A stretch of 49,507 nt of DNA, filler included, from Trypethelium eluteriae (lineage: Eukaryota), in assembly GCA_051942245.1 (NCBI GenBank). It is 2 parts of 2 records of this genome, joined end to end, with 100 filler letters (N's around TTAATTAATTAA, not from the genome) between each part and the next. Parts side by side here need not be neighbours in the genome. Positions count along the whole stretch, not along the records: positions 24,813 to 49,507 come from JAVECL010000395.1; 1 more part is not named here. One strand, written 5' to 3'. The stretch's first letter is position 1; every line of letters begins with the position of its first letter. The translations under genes were made by a program, and so were the position numbers. The notes below the pieces were generated by a model, which was not told the origin of the DNA, searched no databases, and worked only from the letters and a program-made list of their open reading frames with translations. Shown piece by piece: positions 49,131 through 49,507 of the stretch.

Positions 49131-49507
49131 GAGATAGAGTTGCACACAATACGATTTTTGGTTCTGCAATTTGTCATATGCTTTTCCTTGGATGGGTTTC
49201 TTTTGTTCTGAAAGCGTACGAGCGCTTGATTTGATACCTGCTAAATAGAGACATCGCCTAGTCAGGAGATTTACACGTTTTTGAAAAGAATTTGATTTGT
49301 TACCCAAACCTCTAAGTGATAGGGCCGTGATACGAAGTCTTTATCATCCCGTATGCATACGAACGTCACACCGTCCCGGAAACCCCCACGTCGCCTCACT
49401 ACCCACTTCCCCTTGCATTTTGAAAAGCCGACTACCGACATCACCAGACCCGCACATGCATCTATCAACCAACCCCCCACCATCTCCTATGCCGCCTGCC
49501 CTCTATC

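Overview
Gene-dense chromosomal window from a filamentous ascomycete (Pezizomycotina, inferred from short GT-AG introns with CTRAC branch points and gene content). By manual splicing I support 18 intact genes: tyrosine/lipid phosphatase, ILT1-like PQ-loop protein, septin CDC11, PROPPIN HSV2, vacuolar protease PRB1, BEACH protein BPH1/LvsA, Frm2/Hbn1-type nitroreductase, G-protein beta subunit, ADAL deaminase, a small unknown membrane protein, phosducin-like PhLP1, a CTP1-like mitochondrial carrier, F-box/RCC1 SAF1, a cytochrome P450, a DUF4211 protein, APC13, RPS29 and a GPI-anchored Ser/Thr-rich protein. There is also a decayed phosphoketolase pseudogene, a 171-bp fold-back MITE-like element upstream of SAF1, and an artificial 100-nt scaffold spacer at 24713-24812, so linkage across that point is unproven. 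The most striking observation is in the 14-exon PQ-loop gene. Its conserved N-terminus can only be read in frame if a single nucleotide (position 5451), flanked by two complete introns, is kept as a 1-nt exon; that exon sits in a run of 11-27 nt microexons. Family assignments come from recognised motifs, not database searches. No rRNA, tRNA or CRISPR array was seen.
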